Source: Ionaspis alba | Lineage: Eukaryota | Assembly (NCBI GenBank): GCA_964255285.1 | Contig: CAXUUL010000031.1 | Coordinates: forward strand, 1-55,434 | Direction of reading: 5' to 3' | Length of the DNA stretch: 55,434 nt | Shown here: one piece after another, positions 12,762 through 23,858 of the stretch | How the letters are laid out: each line of letters starts with the position of its first letter | Position numbering within the stretch: the stretch's first letter is position 1 | The notes under the pieces: model-generated | The model's database searches: none | The model's input: only the letters and a program-made list of their open reading frames with translations | Told to the model about the DNA's origin: nothing | Position numbers and translations under genes: made by a program

Positions 12762-13445
12762 GATTTTGGCCTAGAGATAGTGAAGTTGTTGAACGAGGGC
12801 TCAATGGTGAGAGACTGTGACCAATACAGTTTATAGCAGAGATGAAGAAGGAATCTGGGAGCAACAACAATCTCGTTGACACGCTGGACGTGAGCCCATC
12901 CTCTCTGTGAAACCATACAATAGTCGGACGATGCTTAACGCCGATGATTGTATTACGCATCTTGACGCCCATGCAGAGCTCCATAAAGCACAGCTCGAGT
13001 CTGAGTACGAGGCATCGGGCCGTTATGGGGCGTGGTATCTGGATGTTTATTGCGTTCCGGCAGTTTTCTGCCATAATCGGTAGGTAGTACAGACAGTGTG
13101 CTTTGATACCGTTCCATTTGTTTGCGGTTGTCGGCTAAGTGCGAGGCATAGCTGCGGCAAACGCCTGTGGGGGGTCTTCCTGCGAGTCGAACGTTCAGCC
13201 AGTTTCGTCAATCTTAGCTGCCTTAGGTCTGGGGCCCCGAGCTGTAACCCCGTTATCTAGATCCTGACCTGCATAGGTACGTGCATGTACCTGCAAGCTA
13301 TGAGCTAAAGGTTGGAACTAACGACAGAAATTCCCCAACAAAGCCGATACGAGAAAGGTATCAAGTTCGGCGTAGATGGTATTGACTTGCATTTTGAAGG
13401 TAATTTTACAAAAACTAAATTCAAAACATACAAAACTTGGCTATT

Positions 13446-14756
13446 TCACTGAATCTCAACATCCTCCCGGATATGGATCCGATGCATTGGAATACCCGCG
13501 TCCAAATTACCGTATTCTGAAGGCAGCTTCTGCTTGACAGGAATAGCACTTGCCGAGTGGCTGGTTCCATCATGATCAAAAAATCTTTCCTCGGAAAATC
13601 TGCTGCCCAACCCATCACTTTGGAGCTGTCTGAAGCCTCTACCAGGAGCCTTCTTGCTGGGATCGATCGGGTTGGCGAGGCGGCCGATGTTCGATCCTCC
13701 AGGCCCACTCAAGGGCTTCGAAGCTTCTGCACCGTTGAAAATGGTTCTAAAGTTCTTGAAGGCGAAACGTTTGGCAAGTTGGAAGATGCTGGGAAGACAA
13801 CTGCTCACTAGAGCAAGCGGTAACTCAATAGTGACGAGGATTTGTGGAGTACTGAGATTCCCTACGATCACTTACTTAGCTTCAGAAGTCGAAGAGCTCC
13901 TTTAGCCATTGGGCCACATAGATGCACTTACAAGATATATCCTCGGCGAAGGAATTGCCAAGATCAAGAATGGTTTTCAATCGTAAGATAGAGAGCACAA
14001 TGACGCTATTTCGAAATTAGTCCTCACGTGAAAAGTATTGGATTCTGGACTTGACTGACAAGTATCCGGCCACGAAGACGCCGACCAACGCAAATTTCCG
14101 GGATCTTGACACTTGCAAGTTCCACAACATTGGGACAGGAAGGACGAGCAGGATGAAATCAGCCACCACATTTGAGATAGAAGCACCCAGGAATGTCTTC
14201 TGTTGATCAAGGCAATGGCCTGGGACATTGGACTGCCATGCCCTCTGCACAGGCACACAAGTGAACAGAGCAAGGAAGTCGATTGCAATCCACCAGCCCA
14301 CAAGAATAGCTCCTACGACATAGAGTGCGATCCGGTAAGATCTGACATTGCGAAAAACACGACTGTAGAACAAGAGCACGGAGATCTTGACTAGAGAAAT
14401 GCCTGTATTGTAGATGAAATTCTCAACGAAGAGAACAAAGCGCACAGATGACTTGCTACCGGAGATCTGGTTGATGTGTTTCCCTAAGCCGATGGAAACC
14501 CAGTAGATGGACAAAGCGGGGCTGGCAATCGCGAAGGGCTTTGGTGATGGATGTCAGTACCGGGTACGATGCCGACAGCTCGGACTCAACTCACAAGAGC
14601 GGCCAATGCGAACCAATCGTCCCACCAGAAACCGGCCTTTTTGGCAAGATATCTCGACCAGAATCGGAGAGCCACTGCGATGATGGATAGCACAATCATG
14701 GCTATACCATACCCATTTATCTCAGGACCTCGGTCTTCCACCGCAAGTGTGGCCAT
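13446..14756 (-). CDS. PTH11-like (fungal rhodopsin-domain) integral membrane protein without a CFEM domain; 4 exons
   Basis: VALRFWSR..GFWWDDW, GLGKH, LVKISVLLFYSRVF, TCVPV..AW....GHC, NVVADFILLVLPVPMLWNLQ..RK and IELPLALVSSCLP. Confidence 0.88.
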
Positions 14757-16084
14757 GACGAGAAAGGTGCGAAAGTGACTAAGCTAAGTGGGGGAATTGA
14801 AGCAAGTTTTTGGGTGTCGAGTTGACTGTTGCACGAGGAGGACGATGATACTGGAGGATTACAATGAGAAAGCTGCCACGCCGAGTATTCAGAAAGGACA
14901 AGACAAAGTCATCCCTCCACGACGGTTCAAGAAAGAGATAACAATTGCTTCTTACAGCATCATGGCGGAGGAGGGGAAACCTGAAACACCATTTGTGATC
15001 ATCGAATAGTCCTCCATTAGCCAGAGTCTGGAGAATGGTTACAGTAGTGAGTCCCATGCTTCCGGGCGGGACGCCACCTCGGCATTGAGTAGGCAATATC
15101 AATATAAACCTCTGGAAGAACCGTCGCAATTTGGAATTGGATGGGAATCTGAGACCGGGTCCCAGACTTCTGGAGGTCACATCTTCTGAGGTGGACGTCA
15201 TATCTGTGGTCTTGAGGCAACGTGCATGCTCCGGGTGTGGCTTTCCAATGACATGCAGGATACCTGGTTAGGCAGGTCGAGGATAAGACAGAAATGGAAT
15301 GGTAGTATTGCATGCACCTGGGGGTCAAAAGACATCGCAGTTATTCTGCTGCAGCTGTGATTGGAACGCGAAAGAGCACACAATGCTTTCCGATACGAAC
15401 TGTTGTCCAGTAGAGATTTGGGGATCAGGATCGTAGAGCAGGTGCCCACCAACAAAGCAATTGCTTGTTAATAGTGATAGCTATTGGAACGCTAGAGCGT
15501 CTGTAGTGCGAGTCGATGATTAGCATGAGCGATGCAACACTGCCGCGCCGGCGCGCGGCACGGCTCCAATGGTGTTGGACTGTGCTGGCCCGTCCCGCAC
15601 ACCTAACGTTTGATAATCCCACCACGACAGATAAAGCCATACCTAAACACCATGGCCCTGTGTCAGCATATTTCTGCAGTGACAATACCGGGTGCTTTGG
15701 TGATATAAGCTGCTTTCCGGACGCAGGGTCAGCCTAACATAGTTGTATCACATGCCGGGCATCGCGACATGCCCCGGGGTGTTTTGGTAATGACGCGTCC
15801 AAACCATGCTAATGGCAAAGCATAGTCAATATATGGAACGGTCGGCTGAATGCAAGTCATACTGTAATGCCGTCCTGCTACCCGGATATTATCTTTGTGG
15901 TAAGGAACTCTTCTCAACGATGTAACGTCGATGATCGACCAATAAGCTCTCTACGAATGGAAGATGTTTAAGCTTCACCGAGAGAGCTATACGTGATAGA
16001 ATATAGAGAACTTGTACTATATAAAAATCATTATACTAATCGATAAATCATCCTGCGACCAAATCGCGTGAGAAGGAAATCCAC

Positions 16085-18370
16085 TCATGCCAGCAACCCG
16101 CCATTCAAGCTTGGATATTGTTCTTCATGGTGTTTTCCAAGCATGTTAAGCCTTGACGACAAGAGGGAAGCGAGATCGATATTGACTTGAAAAGATCCTG
16201 TGTGACCTTGCGGAATATTGAAGATGAACTGGAGAGGGGGAAGCCGAAGCATTGCGTTGGGTGGCGTGGCCGGGGAGATCCCGTTCAGCGTGCCCTCAAA
16301 ACTTTGGTGTGTTGCGGATACAGCTGCAGAAGCAGATACTCCATTGGGCAGGTCTGTCCGGTTTCGAAGCTCCACTTCATCACGAAGGCCACAACTTTCC
16401 TCCATAAAGGCCGCCAGCTTTTCGATGCTCGGATAATCATAAATAGTCTTGTTTGAGATCGGCGAAGCACTCTCCCGAAAGTCCTTGAGGAGTACGTTGA
16501 TCTGAGTGACCAGCATGGGCACCTGAATGGAGTCTAGTCCGCAAGCGAACAAATCTGCCGAGTAGCTCAAATTATGCAGGTATGCGTTGCTGGATATAGT
16601 TTCAAACAGAGACTTTTGCAAGTTCCCACAACTGTCAGCAGTAGTGACCTTTGCTGTCGTTACAATGCCATTCGTAACAGAGCTAGGAGGACTGTATAGA
16701 GCCCTGAACTCCTTTTCGTAAAGTTCCAATGCGGCGTAACGCTGGACAGAGCCTTTGGAGGCCTTCGGCAGTGGCTTTTCCGGAGTCGTGAAGATAACGT
16801 AGTCTTTCATTACTCGTCCATGGGCAGGACACTCTCGGTTTGCCTGTACAACAGAAGACCATATGTCTTCGAGTAATCGATCCTTGTCGGCTTTAGTGAT
16901 AGGATATTCCTTTGGCTCAATCAATAGCGAGGCTTGGAACTCGCCGTGTCCACCAACGATCGCAGCGTTCACTGCAGGATGCGCCGAAATGGTGGTTTCC
17001 ATGGAGACCGGATTCAGTTTCTCAGCATTTGACAAGCAGATGATGTCGTCTGTCCTTGCTCTGAAGATGTGAAGTCCTGGTTTGGTAGGATGTTGCTCAT
17101 AAAGATCCTTCATAGGATATTCGTCAATGTTGGGAAACGTAGAGAATACACCCTGCAAGAGATCTAGCGTTTCATTGCGTACAACGACTAGCTCTTGGAG
17201 GTTATCCCGTGAAGGACGGAACTTGTGGCCCAGAAAGGGACTGATCGAAAGGTATTGCCAATCCTCATCTGAAGGATGGAGTTCCAGTGGAAGAAGCATT
17301 GTTTCAGTCGACCCAAAGAGCGTCATGAGTCTCGTTCTACTCGAGATATAGTTCCCAATCTCGGTTGGCAGAACACCTCCGACGTAAGTAACGAACTCCA
17401 TCCGATGGACCATATTCTCGACATACGTAGGGCTGTCAAACAGGTCAACGATCATGGATGGTGGGAGGAAGGTGCCATGGAGATTTCCATGAGTGTGTAT
17501 CAAGTCCACAACTTCAGTAGTCAAAGGCCCAGGCGGTGGGAGCACGCAGGTCACTCCAGAAAACACGTTAAATCCGATGGTGAAGGTAAGATTTGCAGCG
17601 TGGAACAAGGGGAATGCCAAGAACATCCGCTTGTCCTTGATAAAGTGGAGTGTTGTGGGCTTGCCACCGAGTGAAGGAATCAACTGGTACGCATCGTTGC
17701 CCGCAAAGGTGCCGTGAGTGACGAACACTGGCTTTGGGATCCCGGTAGAGCCTGATGTGTGGAGCACTACGAATGTCTTGTTTCTCATTTCATCGAAAGT
17801 TCCTCGAAATGGATATTGTGCGACTTCGCCACTGCCTTCAAGCATGAGATCATCCAGACCTGGCATCGAGAGCACCCGCATTGGTCGTTCTGTCAATATC
17901 TGTTTGGTGATTGAAGGCCCCCCGCTCGGTAGCAATATGGTGTGGCATTGCGTTGCTTCTAGAAGTGAGAGATGGGCTGAAAGACTGTTACGATGAGAGC
18001 TGAGGAAAGCCTGAAGGACATGTCAATTCAATTTACCAAGGCTTTCACATGTAGAGATGCCACATACAGCATGACCCGCTTTCGAAGCCGCAAGAAGTAC
18101 GACAATATATCGAATATCGGTAGGGCCGATGTAGAAGAGAGTCTTCGATATCAGGCTTCGCCCGAGTTCCTTCTCGATCCACCAGGCGCAACGGTCCACA
18201 GCTTTCGCTATTTCGCTGTAGCTGATATCCTTGTATCCGTCCCGTAGATCTTGAGATTTTGGAATGGAAATGAATGGCCGATGAGGATCTGACTGTGCGA
18301 TCTCATCCACGAGAGTTGGAATAAGTCGTCTACCGCAAGAAGGCGGAGCTTCGTGAATGGATAATTCCAT
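16085..18370 (-). CDS. NRPS-like adenylation-thiolation (A-T) protein related to fungal carboxylic-acid reductases but lacking the terminal reductase domain; exons 18370-18068 and 18010-16085, about 742 aa
   Basis: A-domain motifs VLHTSGSTGIPKP, FGSTET, MKDLY, RTDDII.LSNAEKLNP and PKASKGSVQR. Phosphopantetheine site DLFACGLDSIQ. No TGxTGxLG reductase motif before the stop. Confidence 0.88.
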
Positions 18371-18948
18371 TGGCGCAAAATAGCGATGGTCTGCCTCAAT
18401 TGAGAATGTGCATCAAAGCATTTGGCTGCGGCAGTACTATCGAGGAGAAGTAGCAATTGAAGAGTATTTTATACTTTGATGATACAACAACTTCGCCTCA
18501 AGTATTGACGAAATAAAAACTCGTAATGAACTAGCCTTCGTATATTTTGCAAACCATTATCGATACAGCTGCACTGCGATGTTTCACACACGATGCATCG
18601 GAGAGGCGTAAGCTTTGGGCCCGCAGCTACCCCTGCTTACCGAATTCCAGTCACCCACCACAACCATCCACCCTTTCAAGCTCGGACTTTATCCGAATTG
18701 AGATACCTTATTTGCGGCGTAATGACTGACGACCAGGATCTTTACGGAGCATTCTTTAGATCGGAGTCCGACGAACTATCAGAGAGGGCCTAGACTCACA
18801 TCAATACCCACATTTGAGATTCAACAGGAATACTTTTCGTGTTGACTTAAGGTTAAGTTCATTGTCAGATCTTCCAAGAGCTTCTTGACTCGTCCTTGGG
18901 ATTCCTACCACCAGCAATTCTTCCTCAATCACTCCGTGGTGATCGTCT

Positions 18949-20220
18949 ATGATGGATCGAACATCCGTTATCAATCGTTTCCGTCCAGATCTCAAGCCTT
19001 TTGAGCAAGTCTATCGAAACATCCATCAGAATCCGGAACTCTCAAAGCAAGAGGTTCTTACCGCCTCTCTTGCGGCAACTCACCTAAAAGCGCTCAGCGG
19101 ATTTGTGGTCCATGAGAGAATCGGCGGCTATGGAGTTGTGGGTGTGCTCGAAAATGGCGTCGGACCAACGGTTCTATTACGGGCAGATATGGATGCTTTG
19201 CCTCATCTCGAGAGTACGGGTCTCGATTATGCCAGCACGAAGGTCGTCACCGGCAACGATGGGAAGCAGACGCCTGTGATGCATGCGTGTGGGCATGATA
19301 TGCATGTTGCATCCTTAATGGCAACTGCAACGCTGCTTCACGCGGCCAAATCGCAATGGTCCGGGAGTCTCATCTGTTTGTTCCAGCCTGCCGAGGAGAC
19401 TGCTTCTGGAGCTCGGGCCATGGTAGCAGATGGTCTGTATGAGAAATACAACATCCCAATGCCTGATATCGTTCTCGGCGAGCATGTCCACGCCTTGAAG
19501 ACAGGCATTGTCGCTATCAATGCAGGTCCAGTATTGACAGCCGTGGACTCCTTTGATGTTCGGATCTTTGGCAAAAGTGGTCATATATGCCGCGCGGATC
19601 TTTGCGTCGATCCGATTCTCATCGCCAGCCAGATTGTTGTGCGATTACAAAGCATTGTCACCAAAGAAGTACGACCGGAAGAGTTCGCTGTCGTCGCTTG
19701 TGCGAGTATCCATGGGGGCAGTGCCGCCAACATCGTTCCTGATTTCGTTGATATGAAGATCTCTATTCGCTCTTATCTGCCAGCGGTACATGAAAGACTC
19801 ATCACAGCCGTTAAACGGGTCGTGCGCGCAGAATGCCAAGCCTCAGGCTCAGAGAAGGAGCCAGAATTTAAGACCATCATGCATGCTCCATCAACCATCA
19901 ATGACCCGCAGAATACCGAGATCCTCAAGACGGCATTTACAGAGCACTTTGGAGACAAGGCTACCGAATCAGACCCTTTTGGAGCAAGTGAAGACTTCTC
20001 GGAACTAGCGAAAGCTTGTGGGGCACCGTACTTGTTCTTCATGTATGGATGTGTTGATGAGCAGAAATGGGACGAGGCGGAGAAAGCTGGTAGACTCAGC
20101 GAGATTCCCCACAATCATTCTGCTTTCTTTGCACCAGTAATTCAGCCGACAATGAAGACCGCCGTCGATGCTTTTGCTGTTGCTGCTTTAACTTTCTTCG
20201 ATAGATCTCTCAGTCGCTAG
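18949..20220 (+). CDS. M20 family amidohydrolase (hippurate hydrolase/aminoacylase-like), intronless
   Basis: HQNPELS, LLRADMDALP, MHACGHDMH, FQPAEE, GASEDF and HNHS. Confidence 0.92.
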   Translation: MMDRTSVINRFRPDLKPFEQVYRNIHQNPELSKQEVLTASLAATHLKALSGFVVHERIGGYGVVGVLENGVGPTVLLRADMDALPHLESTGLDYASTKVVTGNDGKQTPVMHACGHDMHVASLMATATLLHAAKSQWSGSLICLFQPAEETASGARAMVADGLYEKYNIPMPDIVLGEHVHALKTGIVAINAGPVLTAVDSFDVRIFGKSGHICRADLCVDPILIASQIVVRLQSIVTKEVRPEEFAVVACASIHGGSAANIVPDFVDMKISIRSYLPAVHERLITAVKRVVRAECQASGSEKEPEFKTIMHAPSTINDPQNTEILKTAFTEHFGDKATESDPFGASEDFSELAKACGAPYLFFMYGCVDEQKWDEAEKAGRLSEIPHNHSAFFAPVIQPTMKTAVDAFAVAALTFFDRSLSR

Positions 20221-21155
20221 AAGATCCCTTACTGCGGGGGAATGTGACTGGAGCAGAATGATGGAAAAGAAATATTTTGCTGTTAGGGGTGAGCCTCGAC
20301 TAGGATACGATGAATTGAGCAAGAAAAACTTCCAAATGCAAGTTGGATCGATGATTCCCAGAGTATTTTGGAAAGACCAGAAAAACCGTGCTGGTACAAC
20401 TTGATTCCACGTACAATAAGAAAAGCTGTGTGGAGTCTCCTAATTCAACTTTTGCATGCTCACGCACGCCCTTCAGACCGAGTAATACTTGCTCCAGCTA
20501 TAGTATTGTAATCGTGCTTATACCCTCGCAATCTCCAGCACACGATGGCAACGTCCCGAGTCATTGCTGCTCTTGCTATCATCCCAAAGGACCTTAGAAA
20601 TTCGAGCCATTATAGTCGTGATACTTTGTTGTCCTTTGTCGCGATAGACGATCCTTCGATCAGAGCTGCCCTCGAGGTAGCTACCTGGCGTAAGCATTTT
20701 TGCACGCGTGAAGTAGTTGATACCGGACGTCCTTGACCGAGTGAGGATCCTGGCAAGGCTGGATTGATCCCTGCTTCTTGGCCGCCGAGCCGAGCTAGGA
20801 AACGAGGCTTGGTCCAGTTTCCTTTCTAACCCACAAGCCAGTCCCTCCATCGATTTGACTACGACTTGCGCTCTGAAACTCAGAATCAATTAATATCATG
20901 TCTAGGTAAAGCTCAGTTCTTTCTCCTAGGTTAGTACGACCCAAAAGAGATCAACAGGACTGCATGAGTCGAGGCTTTACTTGCTATTTCCGATCTTGTG
21001 TTGTTTTGAGTCACTTATGACAAGTGCCATCTGTGTGGCTTGACTATTCACTCAGTACCATATGCATTAGGCATTTTACGAAACCGCGTCATTAATTGCC
21101 CTTCCAGCCTTGTGTACTTTTGAAACCTCGTACTCAATCCCAAGCTTCATTCACA

Positions 21156-23582
21156 ATGCCTTCCTCCTCCGATTCAGACTCATTTTACAGCAATCCTCAG
21201 AATTTCTTCGCGAGTCTCAATCCAAACATCCCACAACCAACCGGGTTTCCTAGCAGCAGAGAAGTTAAGAAAGAAGCTTATGGGAGATCGCAGAAGATCT
21301 TCTCGGACTGGACATCGTTACATGACATCCTGGAACGTTACGAGGAGCTATTGCGGAAACGATGGATGAAAAAATCACAAGAGCAGCGAAAGAAGCTTCT
21401 GCTTGCTGCCTGGCCCACTATGTCCGTTACCCATCGTCCCGACTTCGGAGCCCTTCTACGAGAGACACCCGAACAACGGATGAAGGGAACAAAGTTCAAA
21501 GAGGCCTTTATGTGGCCATATATCAATGTTGAAGATGTGACGAAAGGGAAGTCCATGCTCCTTTTTCTCAACTCTAGGGGGCGCCACCTTCCCCATGTAT
21601 TTGCACACGCCGACTATGACACGGCACATATAGGAGAAACAAGTGGCGCAATCCGTTCACCCTTTCTCAACTCGTACACCATGCTTCTTCGCGGGCAGAC
21701 AACGCCAGAGACTTATGGTCAGCTTGTTGCTTGGGATGAGGATGATAACGCTTTTGACTGGCTCTATTCTGGACTTGGTTTTCACCCAGGGCATGGCCTT
21801 ATAGTGCTAGAGATCCAGCAAAAAATGCTGCAATTCCTTGTCACGTGCTGCTTTCTCATTCTACATGACTTGTCGGCGAACAGCTTGACGGACAAAAGCG
21901 TTCCAATCCAAGCTGAGCCTCCACCCGTGTCGAAGGATGAAACTGAATATCCTTCGCTAAGAGCCTTCGCAGCTGAAGCTCCATATAAAGTCCCAGCGCA
22001 TCTGGATTTCGTGCGGCTGAAGGCGATTGTCGCGGCTAAGCGGGCCGGAGCCGAAGACCATATATGGTCGTTAAGAGAAGATCCTGGGTACTTTTATGAC
22101 ATCGTTGGAGACTGGAGTGAGCACCGCCAGGAGATCATGCTGGACACAAACGGAAAACGACATCCTGCATTGAAGGAACCCTTATTCTGGGACCGTGTAC
22201 TCGGTAATGTGGTTGTGAACGCTTATGGGACTTTCCTAGTGTGGGAAGAAGTCTATCGACAGGTCGCAGTGTTGACAGTGCAGGCGCAAAAAAATTCTAA
22301 GCTCGACTTCTGCAAAAGCAGTTTACCAGCAGCATATGAGAAAGCTCTTCACAACTTCAGGTATCTTCTAGATCAAGCGAGCAAAGGTCCAATCGCCAAT
22401 CTAAAAATGGGGTTCCCAGCCTCACCTCCCATACGCTCACTATTTGTTCGTGAGCCACAACAGCCGGGTTCAACCAGGATCCAGGTCCACACAAAGAGTG
22501 CGATGGGCAAAGATGAGCTACTTTTGATCTTTGATAGCCTTTGCGATGACCAGAAGCGATTCTTGTGTGGTCTGCCGGATCTACTGGACGAGTTTGAACG
22601 CCTGACCCAGGAGAATTCTAAACACAAGGCGAGAATATCGTCCTGGGTTGCCAATGTCTTTTCCGATTTAGCTGTTATTGCTCAAGCACGCCATCAGTTA
22701 GCATTGTATCATCCTGTACTATCAATGTATAACGAGAACGATACTGAAGATATCAAATCCCATTATGCAAAACTATTCCCCGAGCTGGCTGAACTTATCA
22801 ACAAATTCGAGGGCGTGTCACTGTCGCGGGTTGGCTCGATTGGCGAGGGGAGATTCAATTATCCATCTGAAAAGCGTAGGACTCTACAGACCATCGAAGC
22901 TATGCGAAATGCGGAACACAACTTAGACGAATTCTGGCGTACAGCTGATGAGCAGATGGCCAAGAAGAGCGGGAAGACTCTTCATCAACTAGTTGGTCAT
23001 CTGCTTTCAGGGGATCGACAAATTCAGAGGACTCCGGAGTGGATCGAACCAACCCAAGACGAAATTCAAGTATCGAAGCACCAAACTCAAGAGACTCTTT
23101 TCAGACCCTTTTCCTATATGCAAACCGACAATGATGAGCATACTCAGCACGCCACAGACTCAGAGGAAATCCTGCCTGCCAAGGCTAAGGTCAAGACCCG
23201 CGGCGTCGCGTTTCTTTCGCGTTCAGATGCCTCGAACGAGCAGATCGAGGCGCACCAACCAGATAAGCAGCCGAAGCTTATTGTCAGCAAACGGGCCCTG
23301 AAGGTCTTCTCCGTACTTTTCCACAGTTCAGCACAATCGGATACGCCTGGAGAGATAGCCTGGTCTGACTTCCTGCACGCCATGGTCGCTACTGGATTTG
23401 CCCCAGAGAAGCTCTACGGATCTGTCTGGCAGTTCACGCCGACAAAGCTGGACGTAGAACGTAGTATTCAGTTTCATGAACCACACCCACGGAAGGAGAT
23501 CCCGTTCCGGACAGCGAGGCGACATGGTCGTCGTCTCAATCGAGCTTATGGGTGGACTGGTGATATGTTCACGCTAGCTTAG
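21156..23582 (+). CDS. Uncharacterised fungal protein (808 aa, intronless) with a C-terminal HicA-like domain
   Basis: Long ORF with conserved-looking PYINVED and LREDPGYF motifs. C-terminus reads GEIAWSDFLHAM..GF....GSVWQF....IQFHEPHP..IPF..ARR.GRRL..AYGW. Confidence 0.8.
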   Translation: MPSSSDSDSFYSNPQNFFASLNPNIPQPTGFPSSREVKKEAYGRSQKIFSDWTSLHDILERYEELLRKRWMKKSQEQRKKLLLAAWPTMSVTHRPDFGALLRETPEQRMKGTKFKEAFMWPYINVEDVTKGKSMLLFLNSRGRHLPHVFAHADYDTAHIGETSGAIRSPFLNSYTMLLRGQTTPETYGQLVAWDEDDNAFDWLYSGLGFHPGHGLIVLEIQQKMLQFLVTCCFLILHDLSANSLTDKSVPIQAEPPPVSKDETEYPSLRAFAAEAPYKVPAHLDFVRLKAIVAAKRAGAEDHIWSLREDPGYFYDIVGDWSEHRQEIMLDTNGKRHPALKEPLFWDRVLGNVVVNAYGTFLVWEEVYRQVAVLTVQAQKNSKLDFCKSSLPAAYEKALHNFRYLLDQASKGPIANLKMGFPASPPIRSLFVREPQQPGSTRIQVHTKSAMGKDELLLIFDSLCDDQKRFLCGLPDLLDEFERLTQENSKHKARISSWVANVFSDLAVIAQARHQLALYHPVLSMYNENDTEDIKSHYAKLFPELAELINKFEGVSLSRVGSIGEGRFNYPSEKRRTLQTIEAMRNAEHNLDEFWRTADEQMAKKSGKTLHQLVGHLLSGDRQIQRTPEWIEPTQDEIQVSKHQTQETLFRPFSYMQTDNDEHTQHATDSEEILPAKAKVKTRGVAFLSRSDASNEQIEAHQPDKQPKLIVSKRALKVFSVLFHSSAQSDTPGEIAWSDFLHAMVATGFAPEKLYGSVWQFTPTKLDVERSIQFHEPHPRKEIPFRTARRHGRRLNRAYGWTGDMFTLA

Positions 23583-23858
23583 ATGGATCAAGGTATGTTA
23601 TCTGTGTCACAAGCAGCGTGATCTCTTGTCTTTTTATCCTAAAAGTCAAGAGCACTAGCAAGAGGACTTCGCGTGGTAAGCAGGTTCTGAAGTGGCTGGT
23701 AAATCAATAGAGTCTAGGAGTAATGAAATCTTAACATATATCATCAAACGTATCTAACCACAAAATTGAACTCTGTAACAGCCTGAACACTCTATCTCCT
23801 CCCAGTACTCGTCACAGAACGTTGCGCCAATCATTACCAATTTTGAAGCCCCGATCCC

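Noticed and set aside
13268..15780. Short imperfect palindromes near 13277, 15542 and 15757
   Set aside because: Stems of 6-8 bp with no shared sequence or TSDs. Insufficient evidence of function.
18683..18772. CGG-N7-CCG and CGG-N3-CCG motifs in the divergent A-T/amidohydrolase promoter as Zn2Cys6 sites
   Set aside because: Short motifs expected by chance, and I could not find the same spacing in the other cluster promoters.
20518..20889. Small ORF divergent from the HicA-like gene as a possible antitoxin
   Set aside because: No HicB-like or other recognisable motif, and no clear gene structure.
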